A stretch of DNA of 44,280 nt from an uncultured Methanosarcinales archaeon (GTDB lineage Archaea; Nanobdellota; Nanobdellia; Woesearchaeales; CAYNLP01), in the NCBI GenBank assembly GCA_964398115.1, contig CAYNLP010000002.1, positions 36,724 through 81,003 on the forward strand, in the 5' to 3' direction. Each line of letters opens with the position of its first letter. The stretch's first letter is position 1. Below are positions 20,512 to 29,286 of the stretch, in pieces. The notes under the pieces were generated by a model. The model saw only the letters and a list, made by a program, of their open reading frames with translations, ran no database searches and was not told the DNA's origin. Both the position numbers and the translations under genes were made by a program.

Positions 20512-21873
20512 CTATTGTTTTTTGAGTTCTGTCATTACTTCTGCAAGTGTTGGGTGGACGTGGACTGTTTTTGTCAAAGCACCTATTTTAGCGTTTGTCG
20601 TGAGCAATGCGGCTATTTCGTGTATGAGGTTTGGAGCGTCTGCTCCTATAATCGTTGCTCCTAATATCTTTTTAGTTTCTTTGTCGTAGATTACTTTTGC
20701 AAACCCTTCTTCTTTTCCGATTATTTTTGCTTTTCCTGTTTTTGAAAATTTTCCTTTCATAATTTCTATGTCGTGTTCTTTTTTTGCTTGTTGTTCGTTC
20801 ATCCCTACCCCGCCTATTGGTGGGAAAGTGAAAACCGCCCATGGGATTTTATCATGTTCTAAAGTACGGTTTTTTCCTAGCAATGAATTTTCGAGGGCTA
20901 TCCTGCTTTCCCTTTTTGCTGTGTGTGCGAATGGTGATTTTCCGTTTACGTCTCCCACGGCGTATATGTTTGGATTGGCGCTTTGTAGTTTTTCATCCAC
21001 GACTATGTGTCCTTTTTCTGTTTCTACTTTGGCTTTTTCTAGATTTAAGTGTTCTGTGTTTGGTCTTCTCCCAGTTGATACGAACAGGCTTTCTCCAGTG
21101 TATTTCTTCACAGGTTCTTCTTCATCTACAGGTGTAGTTTTGAGTTCTACCCTGTCATGGTTTTCTCCACTTACTTGTTTGATGTCGACGTTGGTATATA
21201 TTTCTACATTTTTTTCTTCTAATTTTTCATGTATTAATTGGGATACGTCTTCGTCTAACATTCCTAAAATTCTAGGTTGTCTTTCTAGTATGGTTACTTT
21301 GGCTCCTAGTGTTGCGAAGAAACTTGCGAATTCACAGCTTATGTATCCTCCGCCGATCATAACTATACTTTCGGGTAGTTCATCTAATTTTAAAGCTTCA
21401 ACGTTCGTCATGTAACCAGTTTCTTCTAATCCTTCAATTGGAGGTGTCCACGGACTGCTTCCTGTAGCTATTATTATTTTGTCGGCAGTTATTTCTTCAT
21501 CTCCAACTTTTACAGTGTCTTTAGATACAAATTTTGCTTTCTCATTATAGTGAGTTATGTTATCTATTTTTTCTACGCTTTCTTCTGCGTGTGTTCTTCC
21601 GGTCGTGACGATTTTTCTCATACGGTTCATTATTTCTAAGAAGTCAAAGTCTACATTTTTAGTTTGGATGCCGTATTCTTCACTTGCTTGCATTTCTTGG
21701 TATAGTTCTGCGCTGTGTAGAAGTGTCTTGGTGGGTATACAGCCTGTGTTTAGACAGGTTCCTCCCATCGCTGCAGGTTCTATAAGTGCTGTGTCGAATC
21801 CGCTTTTTGCGGCTATTATAGAAGCTCTTAAACCTGCAGTCCCACCTCCTATTATCATGACATCATATGCCAT
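20512..21873 (-). CDS. class I pyridine nucleotide-disulfide oxidoreductase (dihydrolipoamide dehydrogenase/mycothione reductase-like)
   Basis: GGGTAG FAD motif, GGTCLNTGCIPTK redox disulfide, GGGYI..E, IYAVGD and the HPTLAE His-Glu dyad. No C-terminal Cys pair. Confidence 0.92.
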   Translation of the reverse strand: MAYDVMIIGGGTAGLRASIIAAKSGFDTALIEPAAMGGTCLNTGCIPTKTLLHSAELYQEMQASEEYGIQTKNVDFDFLEIMNRMRKIVTTGRTHAEESVEKIDNITHYNEKAKFVSKDTVKVGDEEITADKIIIATGSSPWTPPIEGLEETGYMTNVEALKLDELPESIVMIGGGYISCEFASFFATLGAKVTILERQPRILGMLDEDVSQLIHEKLEEKNVEIYTNVDIKQVSGENHDRVELKTTPVDEEEPVKKYTGESLFVSTGRRPNTEHLNLEKAKVETEKGHIVVDEKLQSANPNIYAVGDVNGKSPFAHTAKRESRIALENSLLGKNRTLEHDKIPWAVFTFPPIGGVGMNEQQAKKEHDIEIMKGKFSKTGKAKIIGKEEGFAKVIYDKETKKILGATIIGADAPNLIHEIAALLTTNAKIGALTKTVHVHPTLAEVMTELKKQ

Positions 21874-21900
21874 TCTAATGTTTTAGAGTTATAGCAAACC

Positions 21901-21929
21901 TTTATATATCTTAGTAACCAAGTTGTTAC
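21901..21929. promoter_or_regulatory. probable bidirectional TATA (21901-21908) plus inverted repeat GTAAC-N6-GTTAC (21914-21929)
   Basis: Reads TTTATATA on + and TATATAAA on -. It lies 27 nt from the reductase ATG and just upstream of the small-ORF SD. Confidence 0.55.
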
Positions 21930-21944
21930 AAAAGGTGATTACTA

Positions 21945-22046
21945 GTGCAATTATTTAAAGACAAGGATGAAGAAGAGCAGGAAGAAGAAGCTGAAGAGAA
22001 GAAAGAATTGGAAGATGCAGGCGATGAAGGCTGTGAATTCTGTTAA
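21945..22046 (+). CDS. 33-aa acidic microprotein with C-terminal CxxC (MQLFKDKDEEEQEEEAEEKKELEDAGDEGCEFC)
   Basis: Below the ORF-track cutoff. AGGTGA SD at 21933-21938, GTG 6 nt later, TATA upstream. The stop overlaps the convergent NUDIX stop (TTAA), as at 971-974. Confidence 0.75.
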   Translation: MQLFKDKDEEEQEEEAEEKKELEDAGDEGCEFC

Positions 22047-22426
22047 TTTTCTATATATTTTTTGACAGCTTCGTCATCCCTGGAAGTGATTGGATATTTT
22101 TGTAATTCTTCTGGACTTAGCCAATGATGTGTAGCGTGTTCTTTGTTTAGTTTGATCTTTCCTGTAAAGTCTGCTTTGTAATAGTGTTGCAGAAATCTTG
22201 TCCCTTCTCTGTTGTTGCTTAGATAGAAGAGGAATTCAGTATTTTGTATTTCGAGATTTGTTTCTTCTTTAACTTCTCTTTCGAGAGCAGATTTTGCTTC
22301 TTCAGTTTCTTTTCTTTTCCCGCCAGGTAAGGTGAGTTTATTGGGATAGTCTAGATTTTGATTTCTTTCTAGAAATAGTACTTTGTTGTTTCTTTCAAGT
22401 ATAGCTCTTACTACTTGTTCTACCAT
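22043..22426 (-). CDS. NUDIX hydrolase
   Basis: LPGGK...E....ALEREVKEETNL Nudix box. Confidence 0.92.
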   Translation of the reverse strand: MVEQVVRAILERNNKVLFLERNQNLDYPNKLTLPGGKRKETEEAKSALEREVKEETNLEIQNTEFLFYLSNNREGTRFLQHYYKADFTGKIKLNKEHATHHWLSPEELQKYPITSRDDEAVKKYIEN

Positions 22427-22462
22427 ATTTTAAGAAAAATTTTTATGATGGTTTTAAAGGTT

Positions 22463-22732
22463 TTAGCAGATGTCCATGATGTCGTCGTACATCATGGCTA
22501 TGTCTTCGTCGAATTCTTCTAAGGTGTCGATGATGTGTTTTCTTAGTTCTTGGCTGGTTACTTCGTGTCGGTCTTCCATGAAGTTGTTCATGTATTCGAG
22601 TACGGTGCTAGCTATTTCTTCGCTGACTTCTTCTCCGTAGTGGCAGTTTAGACAGGCGGCGTATACGCTGGCGTAGAGTTTTCTTGGCTCGTATTCTTCC
22701 GTGTGTCCTTTTCTTTTGACGACGTGTTTCAT
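22463..22732 (-). CDS. stand-alone ATP-cone domain protein
   Basis: VVKRKGHTEEY...KL..S and VTSQELR..I...L. Confidence 0.8.
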   Translation of the reverse strand: MKHVVKRKGHTEEYEPRKLYASVYAACLNCHYGEEVSEEIASTVLEYMNNFMEDRHEVTSQELRKHIIDTLEEFDEDIAMMYDDIMDIC

Positions 22733-22733
22733 T

Positions 22734-23441
22734 TTAGTTTATGTTTATTACTCCGCTGGCGATTAGCATTAATAACCATCCAAGTCCTATAAGTAGTAAT
22801 CCTGTGAAGTATCGCATATAAGCTTTGCTGCCTTGCTTCCATTTCTTCACATTTTGTACTTTTACTCCGAGCATAGTTAGTATGAGGATTATTACGAGTG
22901 GCATTACGAATATTATGTTGTATGCGATTAATAGGAGGATTGCTTGGAAGTTGAAGTTTTGACTTAATAAAAGGGTTATTGCTAGGTATGGGCCTCCTGT
23001 GCATGGGAGTTCGACGCTGCTTACGAATACGCCGAGAAAGATGACTGTTCCGATTGATAGGTCTTGCATTTTTTCTTTAATCTTTTCGGCATATTTTTCT
23101 GGTATCATCAGGCTGAATCCTTTGCCGTACCAGAAGAAGTCTTTCATTTCGAATAAGCCTGCGGCTACTACTAGGATTCCTACGGCTATGCTGATGTATT
23201 CGCTTACTATTAGGGGGATGTTTGCCATGAATGTGGTTAGTCCTAGGCCGAAGGCGAGGTAGGTTAGGAATACTGCTGTGATGTAGATCATGCCGATTTT
23301 GAGCATGTCTTTCTTTTTCTTAGCTACGAGGAGGGTTGAGATTAAGAGTATTAATACTCCTATCGCGCATGGGTTGATGGAGTCTACTGCTGCGGTGGTT
23401 AGTACTGCCACGACTGTGGGCATTGCTACATCTACTGCCAC
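22734..23441 (-). CDS. CcdA/DsbD-like transmembrane electron transporter (cytochrome c biogenesis family)
   Basis: DSINPCA and ELPCTGGPY pseudo-symmetric Pro-Cys pair, ~6 TM helices. Confidence 0.82.
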   Translation of the reverse strand: MAVDVAMPTVVAVLTTAAVDSINPCAIGVLILLISTLLVAKKKKDMLKIGMIYITAVFLTYLAFGLGLTTFMANIPLIVSEYISIAVGILVVAAGLFEMKDFFWYGKGFSLMIPEKYAEKIKEKMQDLSIGTVIFLGVFVSSVELPCTGGPYLAITLLLSQNFNFQAILLLIAYNIIFVMPLVIILILTMLGVKVQNVKKWKQGSKAYMRYFTGLLLIGLGWLLMLIASGVININ

Positions 23442-24235
23442 TCTCTACCAGCCTCCGAGGTGTCTTCTCTTTTTTCTTCCCAGTTGTTGTAATTCCAATC
23501 TTGTGTTTCCCAGCTGCTGCATAGCTTATTCGTGGTTTGTGAGTTATTCGGTCCGAATTCTACTATTATGCAGTCTCCGGGTGGTACGTAGGGGTCGGGA
23601 TAAGGTAGGTAGTGGGTGTAGTTTTGTATTCTTTCTCCGTTGACGTATACTTTGAGTTGTCCTGTTTGTCCGTTTGGACAGGTGTCTCCGTTTTGATAAT
23701 TGTATGTTTGGTTTTGTCCGGGATAGATTAAGTGTCCTTTTTCGAGTTTTCCTCCTATAACTTCGAAGTAGTCTCCTAATTCTACGTCTTTGACTTCCAT
23801 GACTGTTCCTTCTACGTGGATTCGATCGTCGTCATGTTCGTGGAATAGAGGTGTTCCTATCTTATTGCTGAGTCCTTGTGGGTTTTTTAGGTCTATTCTT
23901 TCACCGCAGGCCCATATTTGGTAGTCGGCGTGCCAATGTACTGGTCCTTTGGTTTCGCTGACTATGTTTTCGTGTATTATAGCACCGGCGAAGTATAGGC
24001 TTGAGAGGGAGGTTACTAGTATGAGCATTATAAAGATTAGTTTTTTGCCTTGTTCTGTAAGTCGATCTTTTAATGGGATTATTGCGAAAGAGCCTAGGAT
24101 GAGTATTATCCCTGCTATTTTTAGTAGGAGGACACCTGTGTCTACGCTGAAGAAGGGTTTGGTGTTACTTGCTGCAAGTGTTAGTTGAAAGGATAGAACT
24201 ATCGCTGTTAAGTAAGCACTCCACCTCTTTTTCAT
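23432..24235 (-). CDS. membrane-anchored extracellular protein with His cluster (putative metal binding)
   Basis: Signal/TM helices, then HWHAD...FHEHDDDRIHVEG and four Cys. Confidence 0.72.
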   Translation of the reverse strand: MKKRWSAYLTAIVLSFQLTLAASNTKPFFSVDTGVLLLKIAGIILILGSFAIIPLKDRLTEQGKKLIFIMLILVTSLSSLYFAGAIIHENIVSETKGPVHWHADYQIWACGERIDLKNPQGLSNKIGTPLFHEHDDDRIHVEGTVMEVKDVELGDYFEVIGGKLEKGHLIYPGQNQTYNYQNGDTCPNGQTGQLKVYVNGERIQNYTHYLPYPDPYVPPGDCIIVEFGPNNSQTTNKLCSSWETQDWNYNNWEEKREDTSEAGREWQ

Positions 24236-24274
24236 GGTGTATACTCACTAGCGTTCTTATTTAAACGTTTCGAA

Positions 24275-24817
24275 CTAATCTTTTGATCGACTGGTTTTTT
24301 GTATGGTTATATATGCAATTATCGCTATCATTAATAGTATGATTTGTCCGATTAGAAACCAGGCGCCGATGCTGTATTCTTCTAGTAAGCCTTCTCCGGC
24401 TTTTTCAGGTCCTAAAGTTTCTTGCTGGTTTAGGGGTTGGATTTTTAGTTGAAAGTCGTGTTCTACGAGCGTGGTCTGATTTTTTTCGAAGCGGATGGTT
24501 ATTTCGTAAGTGCCTGGTTCGGCAAAAGTTTGGGTTGTGATGACGTTGTTCACGTTTGGGTTGTAGTTTCCTGTGTCTGTTATAGTGTTGTTTTTGCTGG
24601 TTCTCATCCATACGTTGTCTAGCACTATTGCTTTTTCTGTAGTTGCGTTGACAAGGTTTACGTTTATTTTTACTTGATCTCCTGCTCGGGGGTTTTCTGG
24701 TTCGTAGCCGAAGTCTATTATATAGCCGTTTTTTGTAATGTCTTCGCCGCTGGCCAGATGTCCTTGTGCTAGTGGCAGGGTGAGTATGAGAATTGTTAGG
24801 ATTGTTTTTGGTTTCAC
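24275..24817 (-). CDS. secreted Ig-like (YtkA-like) protein with C-terminal TM anchor
   Basis: GTG start at 24817 gives a signal peptide ending AQG|H. The F.EPGTY.ITIRF beta pattern follows. The track's longer N-terminus is antisense to the SDR. Confidence 0.68.
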   Translation of the reverse strand: MKPKTILTILILTLPLAQGHLASGEDITKNGYIIDFGYEPENPRAGDQVKINVNLVNATTEKAIVLDNVWMRTSKNNTITDTGNYNPNVNNVITTQTFAEPGTYEITIRFEKNQTTLVEHDFQLKIQPLNQQETLGPEKAGEGLLEEYSIGAWFLIGQIILLMIAIIAYITIQKTSRSKD

Positions 24818-24899
24818 TGTACTTCTTTTTGTGTTTTCTTTTATTCTTAATGTTTTCGATAATAATTTTAAATAGTAGGAGTTACATGGTTTTTCATGT

Positions 24900-25598
24900 A
24901 TGGATTTGGAAGATAAAGTTGTTATCGTCACGGGGGCTAGTAGGGGTATTGGTAGGGCGACGGCTGTAGAGTTTGGTCGTGAAGGAGCTCGTCTTGTATT
25001 GGCTGCTAGGTCTGAAGGGGATTTGGAAGAGACTGAAGATTTGGTTGAAGAAGTGGGTGGTAGTGCGATGGTTGTACCGACGGATGTCACTTCAGAGGAT
25101 GATGTTGGTAAATTGTTTGACATTGCAGAGCAGCATTATAATGATGATATAGATGTTGTTGTGAACAACGCCGGTTTTGGTGTTAGAAAGCCTTTGGAAG
25201 ATCACTCATTGGAGGATTTTGAGAAGTGTATTGGTGTTAATGTTAAGGGAGTGTTTTTGTGTTGTCGTGAAGCCGTTCAACGTATGGGTGATGGTGTTAT
25301 TTTGAATGTGGCTAGTGGTGCGGGTAAGAATGGACACCCTGGCATGAGTGTTTATAGTGCTAGTAAGTTTGCAGTAGTTGGTTTTACGGAGGCTTTGGCT
25401 GGCGAGTGGGATGGTAAGGTCATGGCTCCTTGTCCTGGACCTACTGATACGGATATGTATAGGAGGTGTTTTCCTGAAAAAGATTATAAGGATTGCGACG
25501 ATCCGGAAACGGTTGCGAAGAGAATGGTAAAGTTGGTTAAGCATGATAAGTTGCATGGTAGTGGTAGCGCGCCTAATGTTTGGAAGCCAGTCATGTAA
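24900..25598 (+). CDS. short-chain dehydrogenase/reductase (SDR)
   Basis: TGASRGIG, NNAG and YSASK. Confidence 0.95.
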   Translation: MDLEDKVVIVTGASRGIGRATAVEFGREGARLVLAARSEGDLEETEDLVEEVGGSAMVVPTDVTSEDDVGKLFDIAEQHYNDDIDVVVNNAGFGVRKPLEDHSLEDFEKCIGVNVKGVFLCCREAVQRMGDGVILNVASGAGKNGHPGMSVYSASKFAVVGFTEALAGEWDGKVMAPCPGPTDTDMYRRCFPEKDYKDCDDPETVAKRMVKLVKHDKLHGSGSAPNVWKPVM

Positions 25599-25622
25599 TT
25601 ATTTTCTATATAGACAATAAAT
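25596..25622 (-). promoter_or_regulatory. dispersed intergenic motif, copy 2 (inverted)
   Basis: Reverse complement atttattgtctatatagaaaataatta is 26/27 identical to 36003-36029. Confidence 0.55.
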
Positions 25623-25638
25623 GTTGTATCGAAACCGT

Positions 25639-25656
25639 TATATCGCCACCGATATA
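25639..25656. promoter_or_regulatory. probable PadR operator TATATCG-N4-CGATATA
   Basis: Perfect 7-bp inverted repeat abutting TATA-like elements 20 nt upstream of the PadR gene. Confidence 0.6.
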
Positions 25657-25676
25657 TTTATAAGTTTGTTCTACTT

Positions 25677-26186
25677 ATGACAAACCCGATGGGAAGCAAC
25701 TTAAAACTGATGGTCCTAAAAGTTCTCGACCAAGAAAGCACCAGTGGATACGGAATAGTGAACAAGATAGAAGAAAAAACAGGGTGGAAACCCAGCTACG
25801 GATCGATATATCCTCTCCTTGAGGAAATGAACAAAGAAGGCCTAGTTGACTATGAAGAGAAAGGGAGGAGCAAGATTTACTCACTCACCTCTAAAGGAGA
25901 GAAAGAAATAGAAAGTTGGGATGAAAAAAGGGAAGAACTATGTGAGAGCATGAAAGAAAACATGTGCGTGATACAAGAACTCACAGGAAAAGATATGGGG
26001 CCCGTCATAGAACTAATGGACAGGTTCAAAAAAGATGAAGACCCTCTGAAATCCTTAAATCCGGAATTTTTAGAATTCCGAAACAAAATATTCAAAATGG
26101 CTTTTGAAGGAAAAGCACAAGAAAATTCGGAGGAGATAAAACAAATGCTAAAAGATAACATCCGAAAACTTGAGGCGATGGAATAA
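25677..26186 (+). CDS. PadR-family transcriptional regulator
   Basis: SGYGI...W.PSYGSIYPLL..M...GLV...KIYSLT.KG. Confidence 0.92.
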   Translation: MTNPMGSNLKLMVLKVLDQESTSGYGIVNKIEEKTGWKPSYGSIYPLLEEMNKEGLVDYEEKGRSKIYSLTSKGEKEIESWDEKREELCESMKENMCVIQELTGKDMGPVIELMDRFKKDEDPLKSLNPEFLEFRNKIFKMAFEGKAQENSEEIKQMLKDNIRKLEAME

Positions 26187-26869
26187 TGCCGATAATAAAA
26201 TGTGACAACGTATGGAAAATCTACCAGATGGGAGAAGTAGATGTAGAAGCACTCCGAGGGATGAACTTCGAAGTGGAAAAAGGAGAATACGTCGCTATAA
26301 TGGGGCCAAGCGGTAGTGGGAAATCAACCGCTATGAACATGATAGGATGCCTCGACACCCCCACGAGAGGAAGTATCTACTTAGAAGGTCAAGATATCAG
26401 CGAACTTGAAGAAAGCGACTTGGCTCAAATAAGAGGGAAGAAGATAGGATTCGTCTTTCAACAATTCAATCTTATACAAACACTGACTGCTTTAGAAAAC
26501 GTGACTTTGCCCATGGTTTTTCAAGACGTAGCCGAAGAAGAAAGAAGGAAGAGAGGAGAAGAATTACTAGAAATTGTAGGATTGGGCGAAAGACTCGATC
26601 ACCTCCCATCTGAACTCAGCGGGGGTCAGCAACAAAGGGTTGCAATCGCTAGAGCTTTATCAACAAGTCCTGATGTTATACTCGCAGATGAGCCCACAGG
26701 CAATTTGGATAGCAAGACGGGAGAGAATATTATGCAATTTTTTGAAAAACTCAACAAAGAAGAAGGTGTAACCATAATATTAGTAACTCACGATGAAAAA
26801 GACGCGTCACACGCTGACAGGATAGAACACTTAAAAGACGGGCAAATAATTTCAGGAGGTAAAAAATGA
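26186..26869 (+). CDS. ABC transporter ATP-binding protein (LolD/MacB type)
   Basis: GPSGSGKS, GFVFQQFNL, LSGGQQQRVAIARAL and ADEPTGNLD. Confidence 0.96.
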   Translation: MPIIKCDNVWKIYQMGEVDVEALRGMNFEVEKGEYVAIMGPSGSGKSTAMNMIGCLDTPTRGSIYLEGQDISELEESDLAQIRGKKIGFVFQQFNLIQTLTALENVTLPMVFQDVAEEERRKRGEELLEIVGLGERLDHLPSELSGGQQQRVAIARALSTSPDVILADEPTGNLDSKTGENIMQFFEKLNKEEGVTIILVTHDEKDASHADRIEHLKDGQIISGGKK

Positions 26870-28059
26870 ATAAGACAATTCTTTACATCACGATAGCACT
26901 CATAGCTTTAACGGCAGTAACCGCTCAAGTAACAGAAACGGGCGAAGACTTAGAAGTGACTTTATTACAATACGAGCCAGTACCTGCGCATCCAGGAGAC
27001 TCATTGGACGTGTGGGTTAAGATAGAAAATGTGGGTGGCGACGTCGCTCGAAATGTCCAGCTACAAATGAGCGATAACTATCCTTTCAGCGTGTCAAGTG
27101 AAAGAAACCTCCATACTATCGGAACTTTGCCTGGGCAAAACGCGTACGTGGCCAAGTTTAGAATGAGGGTTGATAGCAACGCGCCAGCAGGAACCTCCAC
27201 TCTACGTGTTAGGTACTCAAAAGGTGAAGGAACGGTTTGGAAGGAAGAGTACCTTCCTATAGATATAGAGTCTAGAATCACAGCTTTAGAAATCGAGTCT
27301 GTAGAGATGACTCCGAAAAACCTCGTGCCAGGAACAGAGGGTCAATTGAAACTTACTGTGAGAAACACTGCCGATTCACAAATTAGAGATGTGAATGTAA
27401 AGTTGGACTTGGAAAATTCTGAAGCTCCAATAGTACCGGTGCAGAGCAGCACTCAGTTAAGGATTGATAGCTTGGCACCTGGTGAAACTAAGGAGTTCGT
27501 GTTTAATGTGATGGCTGAACTCGACGCATCATCCAACGCGTACACTCTACCCGTTGATGTGTCTTTCAAGGATGACGAGGGTGATGAAATAACGTATGAA
27601 ACCCTGGTGGGTATAGTGATTAAGTCACCGCCTGAACTTTCAGTGACTGTTGATTCAAACGATGTTTACAGTGATGCTAGAACGGGCACGGTAACTTTGA
27701 AATTTGTGAATAAAGGCTTGGATGAGATTAAATTCCTCTCATTCAACTTGTCCGAGGACGACTCCTATAAATTGATAAACCCCACTGATAGCTTTTACGT
27801 GGGAAACATTCGCAGTGATGATTACGAACTTCAAGATTTGAGGATTGAAGCTCATAATGAGGATAGGGTTAACCTCCCCATGTCGATTCAGTATAGAGAC
27901 GCGGCTAATAACGTTCATACCACCCAGCAAACAGTAACTTTGCAGTTGGTTGAGGAATCATCCGTTACGGAAGAAGAAAGTAACACAACTACTTGGGTTA
28001 TAGTGTTGATGGTGGTGTCGGGTATCGCGCTTTATTTCTGGAGAAAAAGGAAAAAGTAA
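26866..28059 (+). CDS. COG1361-type S-layer-domain protein (repeated Ig-like/CARDB modules)
   Basis: Signal peptide, YEP.PA.PG....V.VKIEN.G modules, C-terminal TM plus basic tail, located inside the ABC operon. Confidence 0.82.
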   Translation: MNKTILYITIALIALTAVTAQVTETGEDLEVTLLQYEPVPAHPGDSLDVWVKIENVGGDVARNVQLQMSDNYPFSVSSERNLHTIGTLPGQNAYVAKFRMRVDSNAPAGTSTLRVRYSKGEGTVWKEEYLPIDIESRITALEIESVEMTPKNLVPGTEGQLKLTVRNTADSQIRDVNVKLDLENSEAPIVPVQSSTQLRIDSLAPGETKEFVFNVMAELDASSNAYTLPVDVSFKDDEGDEITYETLVGIVIKSPPELSVTVDSNDVYSDARTGTVTLKFVNKGLDEIKFLSFNLSEDDSYKLINPTDSFYVGNIRSDDYELQDLRIEAHNEDRVNLPMSIQYRDAANNVHTTQQTVTLQLVEESSVTEEESNTTTWVIVLMVVSGIALYFWRKRKK

Positions 28060-28068
28060 GGAGGTAAG

Positions 28069-29286
28069 ATGATTAAGGATTATCTGACTCTGGCTTTCAG
28101 GAGTCTAACCCATAGAAAACTGCGTAGTTGGCTTACTATGATAGGGATATTCATAGGTATAGCCGCCGTAGTATCTTTGATAAGTTTAGGCCAGGCTATG
28201 AGTTTAGCGATTGAAAAACAATTCATGGCTTTAGGGGCTAACACGATAACCGTCCAACCTAGAGGAGGTGGTTTTGGACCTCCTGGCACTCTTGCAGCTA
28301 CAAACTTGACGGAAAGAGATTTAGAAGAAGTTCAAAGAGTTAACAATGTTGACAGCGCGTTTGGCAGATTAATAAAATCGGTCGAGGTAAACTTTAACGA
28401 TGAAAAAGAATTTCTTTTCTTAGCGTCTTTACCTGAAGAAACAAGTGATAGAGAGTACTTGTACGACGCCAGAGATATCCAGATACAGTTGGGTAGGGAT
28501 TTAGATTCAAGTGATGGTAAAAAAGTATTAGTTGGTAACAATTATTACCGTAACGAAGAATTTGGTCGGCCTATCCGACCAGGTGACAAGATTGAAATTA
28601 ACGGTGAGAGAGTTGAAGTAGTTGGAGTACTTGCCAGGACGGGTAGTCCAGAAATAGATATTTCTTTCTTAATGAATGAAGAACCTATGCGCGACCTGTT
28701 GAACAATGAGGGAGAATATAGTGTAATATTGGCCAGATCTTCTTCAAATGCGGATGTTGATCAAGTAGCGGAAAATATAGAGCGAGATTTGAGGAATCTT
28801 AGGAATGAGGATGAGGGGGAGGAAAGTTTTAATGTTGAAACAAGTCAAGAACTTATGGAAACTTTTAGTACAGTATTGAACGTTGTGCAAATAGTTCTTA
28901 TCGGTATCGCGGCTATAAGCTTGTTTGTAGGCGGCGTTGGTATTACAAATACGATGTTTACCTCTGTTCTTGAAAGGACTAGAGAGATTGGCATTATGAA
29001 GGCTGTGGGTGCCAGGAATAGTGATGTATTATGGCTTTTCTTGTTAGAGTCGGGCTTGTTGGGACTAGCAGGAGGGATTATAGGTGTGGCGATAGGAGCA
29101 GGGTTAAGCAAACTCGTTATCTGGGCAGCCGTTAAGTACGGGGGTCTTGTATTTCTTGAAGCTTACTTCCCCCTTTGGTTGATATTGGGAAGCCTTGCAT
29201 TTTCATTCGTCGTTGGGACTATTTCAGGTATAGTGCCTGCTAGACGTGCCAGTAGGATGGACCCTGTGGAGGCGTTGAGAGAATGA
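28069..29286 (+). CDS. ABC transporter permease (MacB/FtsX family)
   Basis: RKLRSWLT.IGI.IG, NTMFTSVLERTREIGIMKAVGA and MDPVEALR. Confidence 0.95.
   Translation: MIKDYLTLAFRSLTHRKLRSWLTMIGIFIGIAAVVSLISLGQAMSLAIEKQFMALGANTITVQPRGGGFGPPGTLAATNLTERDLEEVQRVNNVDSAFGRLIKSVEVNFNDEKEFLFLASLPEETSDREYLYDARDIQIQLGRDLDSSDGKKVLVGNNYYRNEEFGRPIRPGDKIEINGERVEVVGVLARTGSPEIDISFLMNEEPMRDLLNNEGEYSVILARSSSNADVDQVAENIERDLRNLRNEDEGEESFNVETSQELMETFSTVLNVVQIVLIGIAAISLFVGGVGITNTMFTSVLERTREIGIMKAVGARNSDVLWLFLLESGLLGLAGGIIGVAIGAGLSKLVIWAAVKYGGLVFLEAYFPLWLILGSLAFSFVVGTISGIVPARRASRMDPVEALRE

Noticed and set aside
20512-21873. Mercuric reductase MerA, or a true pyruvate-dehydrogenase E3
   Set aside because: It has HPTLAE rather than the MerA-type C-terminus and no terminal Cys-Cys. 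No E1, E2 or lipoyl genes are nearby, so neither name is supported.
21967-22065. Basic alternative-frame peptide MKKSRKKKLKRRKNWKMQ... resembling a tiny ribosomal protein
   Set aside because: It is a frame-shift shadow of the GAA-rich CEFC ORF, lacks a well-spaced SD and runs into the NUDIX gene.
22463-22732. c-type cytochrome call from CLNCH next to a CcdA-like gene
   Set aside because: The protein is a cytoplasmic ATP-cone fold with no export signal, and no heme lyase genes are in view.
24818-25123. Long N-terminal extension of the 24275 ORF; likewise extended starts given for pcn, atpC, atpD, nrdR and cobO
   Set aside because: The extensions overlap neighbouring genes or promoters. Downstream starts fit the family N-termini and the SD/TATA spacing.
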